Part shown: in pieces, positions 14,045 to 28,697 of the stretch
Position numbering within the stretch: the stretch's first letter is position 1
Layout: each line of letters starts with the position of its first letter
Assembly (NCBI GenBank): GCA_951406725.2
Contig: OX597819.1
Coordinates: 96,224,001 to 96,288,000 of the forward strand
DNA length: 64,000 nt
Source: Octopus vulgaris
Taxonomy: Eukaryota
Reading direction: 5' to 3'
Program-made: the position numbers and the translations under genes
Notes under the pieces: model-generated
Told to the model about the DNA's origin: nothing
The model's input: the letters and a program-made list of their open reading frames with translations, nothing else
The model's database searches: none

Positions 14045-14503
14045 CAGGTCGTTCTAGAATTAACTATCCGTTTCAATGAAATTGAGCAAATTAAAAAAAA
14101 ATCTGACAGAATTTTATGTTTATTACCAAAACAAATAGATTTATAAATCATACGTCAAACTTTTATTGAAAATTTTCAACATGTCTGTATCCCTGTATAC
14201 TTCAAATCTCTCCTTAGCGTTATAAAACACATCTTGGAGCGTTTCTGGAGTTAGCTCCTGCACTACTAACTGAATTGCTCCATCTTGGGGATGGAGGTAA
14301 TGAAAATGATTGCTGCCAAATTAAAAGAAAGCTGTCGTAGACAAATAAGAGGGGTCCAAGAGGAATGAAAATAAAAATATAAAGAAAATTCAAAATTTAT
14401 ACACTTTTAACAAATATTCACCATGACAGACATAAATAAAAGTGAGTTTTAAGAAAAATGCATCTGATTTCACTTAAATCATCATTAATTCTAGGACACA
14501 CTG
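14045..14503. mobile_element. Tc1/mariner-type MITE
   Basis: CAGGTCGTTCTAGAATTAA at 14045 vs TTAATTCTAGGACACACTG+TA at 14485-14505 (imperfect TIR; TG/TA flanks). Confidence 0.55.
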
Positions 14504-14589
14504 TATTTACTCGTCCGACTAAACAGGAGAAGGAACACAAGGGTGGGGGAATAATTGCAGGTGGCGAGCGTAGCTTCCGGAAGTGGTCA

Positions 14590-15334
14590 CGCGGTCAAAC
14601 TCAAATGGCTGAGTCAACAACAGTTTTTTTTTTGTATGAACATTTTGCATTATATAGTTCAGACATGGATGACATAAAAAGCAGACATACTGCCGAGCCA
14701 TGCTGCGTTGCGCAGGATTGAAAACGTGAAACGTCAACAGGGCACTTCTGGAGAATGGATGAATGGGTTTGTTGCGCCGTTCACCAGCCGCATACACACA
14801 CATGGCCCGGTGGTGCTCAGAATGGCAACATGAAGCATCGACAGGGCGCCGACAAAAATTTTAAAAGTTCTTCTCATTTCCTCTGCCAAATTGGACAAAA
14901 AGGTTTTCATGAAATATTATACGATACTTATAATGCATAAGTTGTGTCAATGCTTTATCGTCGGAAAATGGCCTAAAACGAAGATAAAACCCAGTGCAAT
15001 ATATTCAAATCTGATTAATCTGCATTTTTGGGGAGAGGGCCTATAGTCGGCATTGGAAACTTTTTTCGTCAATAGCAATTCGAGGAGCCTGGTTAATGTT
15101 TGTTGCAAATTTAGAGGAAAACGACTGGATATTCCTCAAGTTACGGGTCTTAACGCTGCGAAAACGCTTTAAAAATGCATTAGGCAAGAAGTTGAAAATC
15201 GTTTTAGCCTATGACACTTCATGGACCCTATGTAATGCATGTGTAAAATTTCATTAAAGTCGGTTGGGTGGATCTCGAGTTTTAACGACATGACAAACAC
15301 AGACAGACACACATCCTGTGTTTTATATATATAT
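14590..15334 (-). mobile_element. probable non-autonomous Helitron-like element
   Basis: Minus-strand 5' end TATATAAAACACAGGATGTGTGTCTGTCTG...ACCGACTTTAATGAAATTT resembles the adjacent Helitron and other rolling-circle non-autonomous elements; 3' boundary uncertain. Confidence 0.45.
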
Positions 15335-15335
15335 A

Positions 15336-15737
15336 CTAACAGTAGAGCCATGCGTTGCTCGGGCTTGTTTTCTTTTCGACCCTTTAGAATTGGAATTTTT
15401 GAAAAGTAAATATTTTGCATTATGTAGCTTGTTATTCTCTTTAAAGGAACATTTTTCTGGTTGAAATACACCGAAAAATGGCGACACAGCAGTCAAAAAA
15501 TCGTAAAAAATAGGGATTTTCATAGAGAAAAAAAACATCTTTTTGATGTAAATAATTTTTGGTGTTAACATGGTCCGATTTGAATATTTTCTTCTACGGA
15601 AGGATGAGCAAGCCTTCTATCATGCTCTCAATTTTGGTCAACTTGCGCCGCAGGGTCTCGGAGGAGATAGTGTTGTTAGTTGATGTTTACCAAACCTGCC
15701 ATACACAGACAACTTCAGCTTTATATATATATAGAGA
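15336..15737 (-). mobile_element. non-autonomous Helitron
   Basis: Minus strand starts A|TCTCTATATATATATAAAGCTG and ends CCCGAGCAACGCATGGCTCTACTGTTAG|T: 5'-TC, decayed subterminal hairpin, CTAG-like end, inserted between A and T with no TSD. Confidence 0.7.
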
Positions 15738-15941
15738 TATATACACACGAATAAAAATGTGAATGTGTGTGTATCCCCTCGGGTAATTCTTGGGCAGGTC
15801 CCATGGCATGATAGTTTCTGTATGAGAATAAGCTAGCCCCTCTTTTAGGGACACGCTTTGTCTTTTGTATGATTCGTGTCATGACACCCGCACTGAAGAG
15901 ATCGATAGATACATAGCTAGATAGATAAATAGGTAGGTAGG

Positions 15942-15982
<41 letters not shown>

Positions 15983-16815
15983 GAAGAGAGAGAAGAAATT
16001 GATGTCAATACTTGAGTGATTATTTATCGATCCCAGAAAAAGACGAAAGGGAAAGTTGACGTCAACGGGATTTGAACTCATAGCTTAGAGAGTCAAAGCA
16101 AACAAAACCTGGTAACCAGTCCGACGCTCTAATGACTACACCAATTTGTGCCGTTATAATAGATATGGTTGTCGACGCTTTAACTTTCTGAATTTCTCTT
16201 AAATTCCAACATCTTTAACAATATTTCATATATGAAACTAGAAGAATTTAGTCTTGTCGTTTGTCTCTTAAACGTGACTGTTGTAGAATATATAAAGAAT
16301 GTTGGAGAAAAGATAAGCGTCATAGTTTGAGTGGAGTTATTTAGAACGAGTTTATTAGGAAACTATAACGCCATTCTCAATATTTTATAACCACCGACTT
16401 TTGAAGTTTGTTGAACAAAAGAACATTTTCATCAGTTTTTATCGCGGCTTTTATGATCAAACAATGTATGTCTGTCGAGCACAACTTCACCACACGTCTT
16501 CCAGACAATGGAAGCACTATTAAAGTTACATAAAATTTCACAACGAAGTTCTGTAGCAATGTTTGAAAAGTCTTTGTCATACTGGCAGAATTTAAAATTG
16601 TCTTTGGCAAAAACACAAACAGAAGCAGACTACAATGGAGAAAATTAAAAGAGAAAAAGAAAGAAAAAAAAAATTGATTGGCTTCAACCATGAAATTTCA
16701 TGCAATTTTGCTTAAAATGAACAACGAGTCAACCAGTTGAAGTAGACATTGTAAAGAACAAAGGAGTGGATAAATGGAAGTTTCTGACAGCGAATGTGTG
16801 CGCGTGAGCGTGTGA

Positions 16816-16857
<42 letters not shown>

Positions 16858-16983
16858 TTGTGAATAATGTGTGTATAAAATAGCTGCGTACAATTGGTTG
16901 GAGCTGTTCAGGAATATGCTTGGTCACGTTTGATCAGGAGTAAATTATAGACTTTTAAAAAACAAAACAAAACGAAAGAAAGG

Positions 16984-17033
<50 letters not shown>

Positions 17034-17052
17034 CAGGAAGAGAGAGAAAGGT

Positions 17053-17084
<32 letters not shown>

Positions 17085-17437
17085 GGGGAAGGGGAGAGAG
17101 AGAGAGATAGCTTTCTAGGTTAATGCATTTCCCGTATTAAAATGCGAATCGGTTCATTTAGCAAGACGAAGAACGTTGCACGAAGCGCGTCAATGAAGAA
17201 TTCAAGAAACAGAATAAAATGAGTTTGTATTCTGATCTGAATATAACAATATTTCACATAGAAATTAGGAATATTTTACCGACAATTTCTCTCAGCAAAT
17301 AGAATATAAAATTAGATAAATCGTAAAATGGGCTGCACAGTCAGGATTCTAATATTAGGTGACGTTTAAATTTTTCTTGTGATATCTCATTAATAATCGA
17401 AAAATAATGGTAAAAAGTGGAAAAAAGGAGAATAACG

Positions 17438-17564
<127 letters not shown>

Positions 17565-18116
17565 CATACACACATACATACATACACACACAGTCGCACA
17601 CACACACATACACACACATACTCTCTCTCACACACACACACACACACACGCACACACATACACATATGTGTATATGTATATGTATAAAACATTGTTCCGT
17701 TATACGGATTTCTCACATTTCTCCGTTGTGATATCGAAGTAAGATCAAAAAGAGTCATATACACAGTCTAGTCTCAGTTGCCTGTTGGAATTTCTTTTCT
17801 AGACACTTGATGTCGATAATGGATCCTCCGTCGCTTTCGAAGGTGAGCATTCAGTCGTTCGATCAGCCGATTTATCTCCTCGTTAAATTAATGAAGACAT
17901 GTTTATTGTAAATATAAAGCTCAGGTCGAAACAACGTGATAAAGTATGTGACAAGATTGGACTACTGAATTACAGGTGCAACTCATTCAAACGATCTTCC
18001 ATAGTTTCCATCTTCCCAATGCCACCCTAAGGCCTGGGAAGACCGAGGTCTACCAAAGATGCTTGCAGTGGGATAAAACCAGGACTTAATGATCGGTAGA
18101 AATCTGCTGCCTTGAA

Positions 18117-18203
<87 letters not shown>

Positions 18204-18371
18204 AGACAGAAAGAGTGGGGGAAGGAGTGAGAGAGAGAGGGAGGAAGGATTGAGGGAGAGGGAGGGGGAAAGAGTGAGAAAGAGAGGGGAAAGGAGTGAG
18301 AAAGAGAGGGGGAAAGAGTGAGAGAGAGTTAGGAGCACATACACACGGGGGTTCTATCGATTAAAGTTATT

Positions 18372-18693
18372 CTTTTACTTGTTTCAGTCATTTGATTGCG
18401 GCCATGGTGGAGCACCGCCTTAAAGGTCTTTTTTATTCGACGAATCAGTTGTCAAATGATGATGGGGCGGATGACAAACACAGACACAAAGACACGCATG
18501 AATATATATATATATATATAAATATACAACGGGCTTCTTTCAGTTTCCGTCTACCAAACCCTCTCATAAGACTTTGGTTAGCCCGAGGCTGTAGTAGAAG
18601 ACCCTTACTCAAGGTGCCACTTGAGTAAGGGTCAAGACTGAGCCCGGAACCATGTGGTTGGGAAGCAAGCTTCTTATCACACTGCCACACCTA
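18372..18693 (-). mobile_element. SINE family S2, near full length
   Basis: Head at 18527-18693, short (TA)n, tail ending TGACTGAAACAAGTAAAAG on the minus strand. Confidence 0.8.
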
Positions 18694-19471
18694 TGTTCAC
18701 TTTTCATTACTTTCTGTAGAGACCATGTGTATAACAATGTGTGTCGGTGACTGTGCGCGCATGTTCGTAGTCTTGTACGATTACTGTTAATGAAACTAGT
18801 TTTATAAGAATGCTGATATTAATGGTTATGCTGTTGTTATTATCATTGTCTTCGATGATGATTATGTTGACGGCGACGACGACGATGAAGAAGAAATATA
18901 ACCCAATATTAAAAAAGTACCCCGCAAAAAATTAAAAGAGAGAAGAAAATCCCCAAACATGGTAAATAAAACATGTCTGCTTGGTAGGATTTTTCAGAAA
19001 GGTTTAAAATGATATAACGAGAGGGAAGCAGAAGAAAGATGGCTCGCTGCTTAGGAGAGCGGTCTAATCTGATTGGTGTCTAGAAACGTTAAGTTTACAA
19101 CGAAGAATATCATTTTAGCTAGGCACTAGGAAATGTGAAATGCGCATAGAGAATGGAAGCTGAATAAGACAAGAACACTTAATATCACCATGGTGATGGC
19201 AATTGCTGCTTTAGCAAGCATTCTCGCTGATTCGTCATCGCCACAAATTTCAAAATTCAGGTGTCTCTGCAACAATGCACACAGATCTGTCTTTACCTCT
19301 TCAGTTAACTTCCAAACACCTCTGCACACGTATTCAGTCTTCTCTCACTGTCTCCATCATATCTTCACTCTCTTCCCAACTCTCCCACTTTCTTTTATAC
19401 TTGTTTCTTCTCCTCTATTGCACACATACACATCTATGTTTATATATTTTATATATATGTATGTGTGTGTG

Positions 19472-19546
<75 letters not shown>

Positions 19547-19634
19547 GTATGTATATATATATATGTATACACACAAATTATATTTATGTATTTATATGCA
19601 TACACACACATATACACACACACACAAATTACGT

Positions 19635-19678
<44 letters not shown>

Positions 19679-20366
19679 ACATATGTATATATATGGAGAA
19701 TGTATGTGTATGTATAATTATGTATAATTATATATATATATACATACACCCCTCTTTTCCTATATATATATACATATGATATATACATATATAAATAAAT
19801 ATAATATAATATAATATAATATAATATAATATATTATATAATATATATATATATATATAGATAGATATCTATGTATGTATGTATTCAAGTGTGTGTGTGT
19901 GTACGTGTTAATATAAATATTTATATATAAATATTTGACCGAGAAAAGAACCCGAGACATGCAGTAAAGTGAAATATACATCTCTTTTAAATTGACAGTA
20001 ACTTTGATGTTTCGCCGACTAAGACATTTCAAACTGTTCTGAGAAATTGGATCTTACTCATGTATTTATAGGTTAAAGATATTAAAAGTTGAAAAAGATT
20101 GAAGATTAAAGACGAAAGATAGGAGAACTTGATGAAATGATTGGAGTGGATTTATCGATAAAAATAATGAATGATCAATAAAGTTTGCCAGTGTGAGGTT
20201 TTTTGTTTAGCATATAATTTATCGAAGAGGATATGGGGTACAGTGAAAGCGGTCGTCAGATATGTTTACGAAAGGTGATTTTTATGTATATGATGACTGT
20301 TAGGGTTTAGTATAAAGTTATATAAGAGAGTCACTTAATTTCAAATGATGATGGGGGACAAACACA

Positions 20367-20429
<63 letters not shown>

Positions 20430-20637
20430 ACACACACACACACACACTCACACAGTTCACACAGCGTAGGCGTGGCTGTGTGGTAAGAAGCTTGCTTCCC
20501 AACTACGTTGGTTCGGGTTCAGTTCCAATGTGTGGCATATAGTTTCGGGCCGACCAAAATCTTGTGAGTGGATTTGGTAGATGGAATTGAAAGAACCCTG
20601 TCGTTTGTATGTGTGTACATATATATATAATATATAT

Positions 20638-20957
20638 CTGAGATCCCACTTCGGTCATGACTGACCATGGGATTGCACCTAGAAAGTTACCCTCCCTGGC
20701 ACAAGTCCGGTTGTTTATGGAAGACCAGCAGTCGCCCGTGCATACTGGCCTCCCCTCTCCACGCCACAAGGGAAAGGCAAGGGCCGATATAGCTTGGCAC
20801 CTGTGACGTCGCAACTCATTTCTACAGCTGAATGAACTAGAACAACGTGAAATAAAGTGTCTTGATCAAGAACACAACACGCATCCCGGTCCAAGATTCG
20901 AACTCACAATCTCACGATCGTAAGCTCGACACTCTAAACACTGAGCCATCTGCCTTC
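20638..20957 (-). mobile_element. tRNA-derived CORE-type SINE (head B + tail Z)
   Basis: Same head and CORE as 57636 but a different 3' part (GGTAACTTTCTAGGTGCAATCCCATGGTCAGTCATGACCGAAG). Confidence 0.8.
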
Positions 20958-21036
20958 ACACACACACACACACACATATGTTTATGTATATATATATATA
21001 TTATATAATATGTATATGAATATATATATATATATG

Positions 21037-21084
<48 letters not shown>

Positions 21085-21121
21085 GTATATGTATGTATGT
21101 ATATATATGTATGTGTATCTG

Positions 21122-21199
<78 letters not shown>

Positions 21200-21689
21200 A
21201 ATATATATACATACATGCTTGTATATCTATATCTATGTGTGTGGTCTTTGTGTCTGTTTGTCTCCCGTTACCGCTTGACAACCGATGTTGGTGTATTTAC
21301 TCCCCGTAAATTAGCAGTTCGGTAAGAGACCTAGATAGATAAAGTACCTGGTTTAAAAAAAGTACTGTGGTCAATTCATTCGACTAAAAACCCTTCGGCG
21401 CGGTGCCCCAACATGGCCGCAGTATAATGACTGAAACAAGTAAAAGATAAAAAATTAAAAAATAGAAAGGTGAGTCAGAAATGAATGCAATTTTTATTTG
21501 CATTACTTTCTGACTCACCTTCATTTACGACAGGTTCTTTCAGTACCAAATCCACTCATGAGGTTTTGGTCGGCCCGCGGCAATACATACAAGAAGACTC
21601 TTACCGAAGGTGCCACGCAGTGGAATTGAACCCATCTCAAAAATAAATTCCTAGGAAGCACCATAGGTACATGCTATTACTAAAATTTG

Positions 21690-21994
21690 TGGATGTACAT
21701 GGCCTAGTGGTTAGAGCAGTGAACTCGCGGTCGAGAGATCGCGAGTTCAAATCTTAGACCGGGCGATGTGTGTGATTATGAGCGAAACATCTGAGCTCCA
21801 CGCAGCTCCGGCAGAAAGTAATGGCGAACTTCTGCTGACTCTTTCGCCACAACCTTCTCTCACTCTTGCCTCCTACATCTAGCAGCTCACTGCGACGGAG
21901 ACCGGCGTTCTGTCCAGGTGGGGAACCCACACGCCAATGAAACCGGGAAACCGGCCCTTATGAGCTCGGAATGGATCGAGAAGGAACAAACACC
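21690..21994 (+). mobile_element. tRNA-derived SINE (head A + tail Y) with 14-bp TSD
   Basis: TGGCCTAGTGG A box, AGTTCAAATC B box; TSD ATTACTAAAATTTG (21676-21689) / ATTACTAAGATTTG (21995-22008). Confidence 0.88.
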
Positions 21995-22677
21995 ATTACT
22001 AAGATTTGGTTGCGCTGTATGGAAAAAGTATCCAAAGATGTATATGTTAACTTTGATTTATATGTTTAATTAATTACTTAAAACCGTAAAAATTCATTTC
22101 TATTTCAATTTCTATTTTGATTTTAATTAATTAAGTGTAAAACCTATGCAAGTTATAATAATTTCTGTCAGTATTAATAAAATTACCGAACTTTTTCTAA
22201 GAAATTAAAATGAATATTCATTTGATTTTACATTTATTGCTAATCGATAATAGTTACCGCTAGGATAACAATATATTTTCCTGAAAAACAAAAACCCTAA
22301 CAATAAAAACATCTTTACAGGCTTCGTACAAAAAAAAAAAAAAGAAAAAGAAAAGAAGAACATTTGGGTAAATATGGATTAAAGGGGAAACTAACAGAAT
22401 TTATATAAAACGAGTTGCTAACAAGAAAACAAAATAAAATAAAATATTGGTCGATATTCCTAAAACGACTTTCATTGGAGTCTGCTATATTAGGCTGTAA
22501 TATAATCATCATCATCATCATCATCGTCGTTGTCGTCCTCGTCGTCACCAATACCACCAACACTACCACCACCATCGTCATCAGCTTGTGACTTGCGTGG
22601 CCAATTGTTGGATTGGTACTTCATAAGCTCTGACAGCTCTGTGCGTGATAGAGGCCAGAAATCATAAGCTCTGACAG

Positions 22678-22991
22678 TTGACCTCGGCGGAATTTGAACT
22701 CAGAATGTAAAAACAGACGAAATACTGCTAAGCATTTCGCCCGGCGTGCTAACGTTTCTTATTTCTTTATTGCCCACAAGGGGCTAAACATAGAGGGGAC
22801 AAACAAGGACAGACAAACGGATTAAGTCGATTAGATCGACCCCAGTGCATAACTGGTACTTATTTAATCGACATCGAAAGGATGAAAGGCAAAGTCGACC
22901 TCGGCGGAATTTGAACTCAGAACGTAGCGGCAGACGAAATACCCCTAAGCATTTCGCCCGGTGTGCTAACGTTTCTGCCAGCTCACCGCCT
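22678..22991 (-). mobile_element. SINE family S1: full copy (22760-22991) plus tandem partial copy (22678-22759)
   Basis: Reverse complement of the 49608 element; the head segment occurs twice. Confidence 0.85.
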
Positions 22992-23287
22992 TCAAACATA
23001 TATGTCAGCATATATGTTTGTATCTAACGAATTCTTGGAGTTTCGCTGCAACATGAAGTACCTTATTTTCCAGCATACAGATCAAGCTAGTTAAACAGTA
23101 TAACTCTATTGTGTAAACATTCAAACATTCAAACATTCAAACATTGTTACTTTCTTTTCAAATCCCTCTGCATTTTCACGTAGAAGTTTTGGACCTCCAA
23201 ATCATCTTGATATATAAGTCAGGTTACCTCTTTTGGCTGTAAATTATGGTCTCTCTGTTTCTGTCTGTCTGTCTTTCTCTTTTTATA

Positions 23288-23351
<64 letters not shown>

Positions 23352-23412
23352 CACGCGCGCAAACTGTATATACACACACATATATATCTATACATACCTA
23401 CACACACATATA

Positions 23413-24048
23413 CAGGGGTTGGACAAAATAATAGAAACACCTTAAAATCTCAAACAAATTTATTATAATATGAAGTAGGACCGCCTTTGGCAGTAATTAC
23501 AGCTTGAATTCTACGAGGTATGCACTCGTAGAAAGTTTGAATTGTTTCCAAAGGGATTTTCGTCCATTCTTCAGCTAAAACAATCTCCAGTTCTTGTAGT
23601 GATGATGGTATCGACTCCTTACTTGTTTTTTTAAAATGCACAATAAATGTTCAATAATATTGAGATGTGAGGACTGTGGTGATCAGATAAGATGTTCGAC
23701 TTCACTAGAATGTTCCTCATGCCATTCAGTAACAACTTTAGCTATGTGAATTGGTGCATTATCATCCTGAAAGATTGCGTTTCTCTCCAGAAACAGTTCG
23801 ACAACCATAGGATGAATTTGATAAAATAAAATGCTTAAATAGTCTTGACAATTAATTCTGCCATGAAGGGAAACCATTACCTTTTTCTTATGATATCTGA
23901 ACAGAAGCATCAATTTTAGCAAAACATATTAAGCAACACTAACAATAAATCAAAATCATGAAATTAATAAGGTTTTGACGGTTTTATAGATATTTCAAAA
24001 TTATGATGCTTTGGTGCTAGGTATTACCATTATTTTGTCCAATCCCTG
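23413..24048 (-). mobile_element. internally deleted Tc1-like transposon
   Basis: TA-CAGGGGTTGGACAAAATAATAGAAACACC ... GGTATTACCATTATTTTGTCCAATCCCTG-TA; transposase remnants IFQDDNAPIH and IPRRIQAVITAKGGPTSY. Confidence 0.9.
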
Positions 24049-24260
24049 TATGTCTGCAAATTGTAGATGGGCTACTACAAATGTTATTTACCGTTTTAGA
24101 TGTTAGTTCTGTGGCCTCATATGTCGGGGGAATCGGTCGTACATTAGAGGATTGTATCCCCGAGACTATACATGACATCTATCTCACTTGCCGGTCCACT
24201 TCAAAGCACCTGCATACACTCCTTCTTATCTCTTATTTTGTATATACATATACAAATAAG

Positions 24261-24345
<85 letters not shown>

Positions 24346-24548
24346 TGTTGACATCATAAGAGTTTATAAACTTCGAAAGAACATGAAATAATTCTTTTTG
24401 GAACGGTGAATCTCGAAGCATATATGTCTATAACTGATACTGTGTAAATATTAGGTTAAAAATCATTTTGGATAGAGCAAGTACATAAAATCTATACGTT
24501 ATTATTCATAAAGCTTTATATATTCTAGATTAACCGTTCCAAGAAAAA

Positions 24549-24612
<64 letters not shown>

Positions 24613-25089
24613 ACACATCTATATAATGTCCTCAGGCAGTTTTCTCTCTAATAAATTCCACTTGTAAAGTATTGATCAAACCGAGGGTTTTGAAGAAGCT
24701 GTACAGTGGGAAAGAACCCATAATTGTGTTGTTATGAAGTGAACTTTTTAAATTGCAACTAAAGGTAAGTATTAAGCCAAGTAAAATGTTATTTATTGTC
24801 TTCTGTTTTACTCTGTTACACCTTGGTTGATAAGTAATTCACCTCACTTTGATCTCTCCGTTTTCTGAACATATGATATGAATAGCAGGTATGATGTGAA
24901 TAGCAGGTGAAGATAACTGCTCAGTGAGTCAAGTAAAGAATCTACAATCGAATCCTTATTGTAATTATTTCGATATACTTACATAATTAACGATGCTGAA
25001 AAATATCCCTTGAAATCCAACCTTGTATATGTCTGTATGTGACAATTTCGTGTTATTATATAAACAATAGAAATAATTGAATGTGCCTG

Positions 25090-25720
25090 AGATTCTACAG
25101 CTGTTATAGATGCTTCTTCAAAGTTCTGTCAGAAGAACTTTTAATGAATTAAAATCTGATTTAATATTAATGCCGCGTGTGTTATTCTTCAATTTATTAA
25201 CAAGCATGGAACATGGAATACATCCCAAAAGATGTAATGTGATACTGACAGCTCCTGAGGCAAACGAACCTTTAAGCATTGGCTCTTTGTCTTTCTAGTT
25301 ATTTAATCTACTTTGGAAGGAACTAGTGACTTTCATCAGAGACTTTTAACGAACTTGGCCTCCAACCAGTCGGAATGTTCGTTCTCTGTCTTCACAAATA
25401 ATCGATCTGCTCAGCATCTTTTCTAATCTATCGCACGATTCACGATTCTAAACTTGTAATTACGAAATACTGTAAGTTGAAATCATCTCCTGTTGAGATT
25501 ATTCGATCGGAAATGAATAGGAAGCTCAAAGAAGATATTGAATCATGTGACTCACTCTGGCGAGCAGAAGTCCATAACGTACACGATAACATCAAAAGGA
25601 GGTTAGTAGTTGAAATCACTGAAACTATTAATAACTTAACCTGTTTAGATACTTACTGCCCGAGTCGACTTAGAATATTTATTACTTACGTAGCGTCCAC
25701 TGCTTTAATGCATTGATTTC
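25090..25720 (-). pseudogene. highly degraded LINE APE endonuclease remnant (L1/Tx1-like)
   Basis: Manual translation gives LLIVSVIS...SESHDSISSLSFLFISDRIISTGDDFN, resembling the GDFN motif region; many stops. Confidence 0.35.
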
Positions 25721-26899
25721 CGATGATAAAATATTTACCCTTGTCGTGGCAATTGTTTCAGTTTAAAAGTTTTAGTTTCGGTCCTACCAACGGTTTTGCG
25801 TGTTTGAAACAAATTATAGTTAATCTTATTCATGAAATCGAGCCATCTTATCACATAAGATAACCTATCTTATCACATATGATATTATCATATGTAAGAT
25901 CAAGAAGAAATATAACAATTTACTTAAGTATTTTAAAAACTTGCTTGTAAATCTGACACAATAGATGTACATTTTCAACCGAATCTATCTGCATTCCAAC
26001 TTAGCCATAACCATTTGCTTTTCTGAACGCATCTATTTAATCTCACTTAAAGAAAGGTTTTTGCCTACTAAAAAAATATCAAAAACAAAAAATAAGACCT
26101 AATCTCGTCTGTTCCCTTATTATTCTCTTCCTTGCTCCGTGGAATGAAAGTTTCCGTCCCCAGGAGAAGTCGTAACAGTAATCGATGATTCAAATACAGC
26201 AATTCAGGCTACATTAAACATATACCATTTACGTTGAAACGGACACTTCTGAGGCTGGTATGGCTTTTTGAATTGTTTTCTCGGTCACTAAATCCTGCTG
26301 GGAGAAAAATCATTGTGTGGTAGAGAAATACAATTATCTGGCAGTTGAAGCGATCAAAAGTGACACCACATTCTTGTAGGCAGATGATAAACCTTAGTAA
26401 ATGATCAAAATCCGCAACTTAATAATATTCGATATAAAAACAGGAGAAGTAAAATTGAAAATAAGAAAATATCAAACTGACGCCTAGAACTCGAGTGGTT
26501 TTGTTTTTTGAATCTGACGTTCTCCTGGGTCCCATAATGCGGTCGAAAATACACTGTTTATTGTCTTTAGTGGTACTGCTTCGCCTAATAAACTCTTAGA
26601 ACTCCAAAACTTATATTCAATCGACAATATTAAATATGCTGTTTCTTGGTCCCATATTTCAATATTATGATGCAAAACTACATCAGCTCATTTGATCTCC
26701 ACATCCCTTTAACCCCAAAAGCATTATTTTAAGGGCCAGCTGCCCTCATCATAAAGAAATAAATATCTACTAAGTGTGATGAACGAAAATTCCCATTTTC
26801 CATTTGCGTTTTCATGTTGCAAAATTTTTTCATCGACTGTCATTTCTTGTTTAATCACATTAGTTTTTGCAGTTTTGTTGGGCACCATTGTGGTATCTT

Positions 26900-27280
26900 T
26901 GACTTGTTTTAGTCATTGAAATGCAGCCAAGATGGGACACATTATTGAAGAATTTAGTCGAACAAATCGCCCTCCCCACCTCAGTACTTTTATTTTAAGT
27001 CTTGAACTTATTTTATTGGTTTATATGGTAGAACCGATAAGAAAACGTATGTAAACAAATACAGATTGTCAAGCAGTGGAGATTAACACAAACATAGATA
27101 CACACACAAACACACACACATATACAGACACAACAGGCTTCCACATAGTTTCTGTTTATCAAATTCACTCACAAGGCATTAGTCAATCTGGAGCTACCTG
27201 TACATTGGGACTGAACTGGAAACCTTGTGAGTGCAAAGGGAGCTTCCTAACTACACAGCCATGCCATACCTGCGCTTATA
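26900..27280 (-). mobile_element. SINE family S2, diverged full copy
   Basis: Tail, (CA)n and head in the same order as 18372. Confidence 0.65.
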
Positions 27281-27520
27281 TGCTCACACAAATTGACAAA
27301 AGCTCATCACCCTTTGTAACTTTCGACCTTAAAGTCTCTTTTGCTTGATAGTCTTGTTCCAAGTCAGTGTTCGATCCTATACCATGTTCAACCCGATATC
27401 ACACAACCAGAAATGGGTAGTATCAGTGTTATGTTAGTATTCTTTAGAACACCGTGACAGTAGCTCTTAATTTGGAATGGCAGCACTCTGTAGGAACCTT
27501 GTGAGGTCACACAGAAGCGG

Positions 27521-27660
27521 AAAATGTTAAGGGGAAGTTAGATGCTATAGACTAATTATGATTTTATTTTAGAAGTTAAATATTAGTTTCAAAATGTTAA
27601 GGGAAGCTAGATGCTATAGACTAATTATGATTTTATTTTAGAAGTTAAATATTAGTTTCA
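27521..27660. repeat. about 70-bp tandem duplication
   Basis: AAAATGTTAAGGG(G)AAG.TAGATGCTATAGACTAATTATGATTTTATTTTAGAAGTTAAATATTAGTTTC occurs twice, nearly identical. Confidence 0.92.
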
Positions 27661-28641
27661 AATTTTGGCACAAGGCTAGCAATATTTTGGGGAAGAGTAA
27701 GTTGATTACCATCGATACTGGTGATCAAATGGCATTATTTTATCGACCCCGAAACGATGAAAGGCAAAATCGACTTGGACAGCATTTGAACTCAGGACAT
27801 AAAAAACAGAAGATATGTAGCTAAGCACTTTTTTCCGGCGTGCAAACAATTCTGCCAGCCTGCCGCCTTCCAAGAGCTATTAAAGCATATTTTAGATACA
27901 TTTTCAAAACTAAAAAATCTTGGGATTAAAAGAAAGGCACCAGGAAGTGGTGTTAAATCGAGTGAGTCTACTAAGAAGGTCACAGTGAGAATACAAAGAA
28001 CTGGAACAAATACCACAAGGTATTCCGTCCGGTGCTCTAACGATTCCGTCATTCTACCGCCATAGAAAGATGAAAAGCAGACTTAACTTCGATAGGATTT
28101 GAACGCCAGGTGCCAGAATAGATATGCAAGACATTGTGCCCAATGCTCTACCGACTGTGCCAGATCATTGTCTGAACCTGAATGTATACGGTTCTAGAAG
28201 TTCAACATGGCACTCTTGCACTCTGACATTCCACCGTTCTTATGATGAGAGTTAGAGCTAAAGAAACTGTCCCGTGAAGTCTTGAGGTCAGTATTGAAGG
28301 GATATACATCTGGGTATATTTTGACTAGTAAGCACGAGAAGTTAAATGTTATTGAGGATTGAACTTGTATCACAGAATCGATTTGTTATGATTTTACCAC
28401 CATGCACAATAAGTATATAAAATTTGTAAGGAAAGGATGAGTATCAAATTGAATTGATCTATGAATTTCACTGGAAGCTATTTAACTGACCCCAGAATAT
28501 TGAACAGTAATTACAGAATTTGAACTTATACCGGCAAGCTATCGAATCGCTTATATCAGCGTGTAGCAAGGATTATCTTATGATATATATATATATATAT
28601 ATATACATTCATACACGCACACACATATATATATGTACATA

Positions 28642-28697
<56 letters not shown>

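Noticed and set aside
14716-14740. TTGAAAA-CGT-GAAAC-GTC hammerhead-like string
   Set aside because: No helix II and no helix I; treated as chance.
15890-15905. CTGAAGA motif beside a microsatellite
   Set aside because: No downstream GAAA/NUH half; cannot be evaluated.
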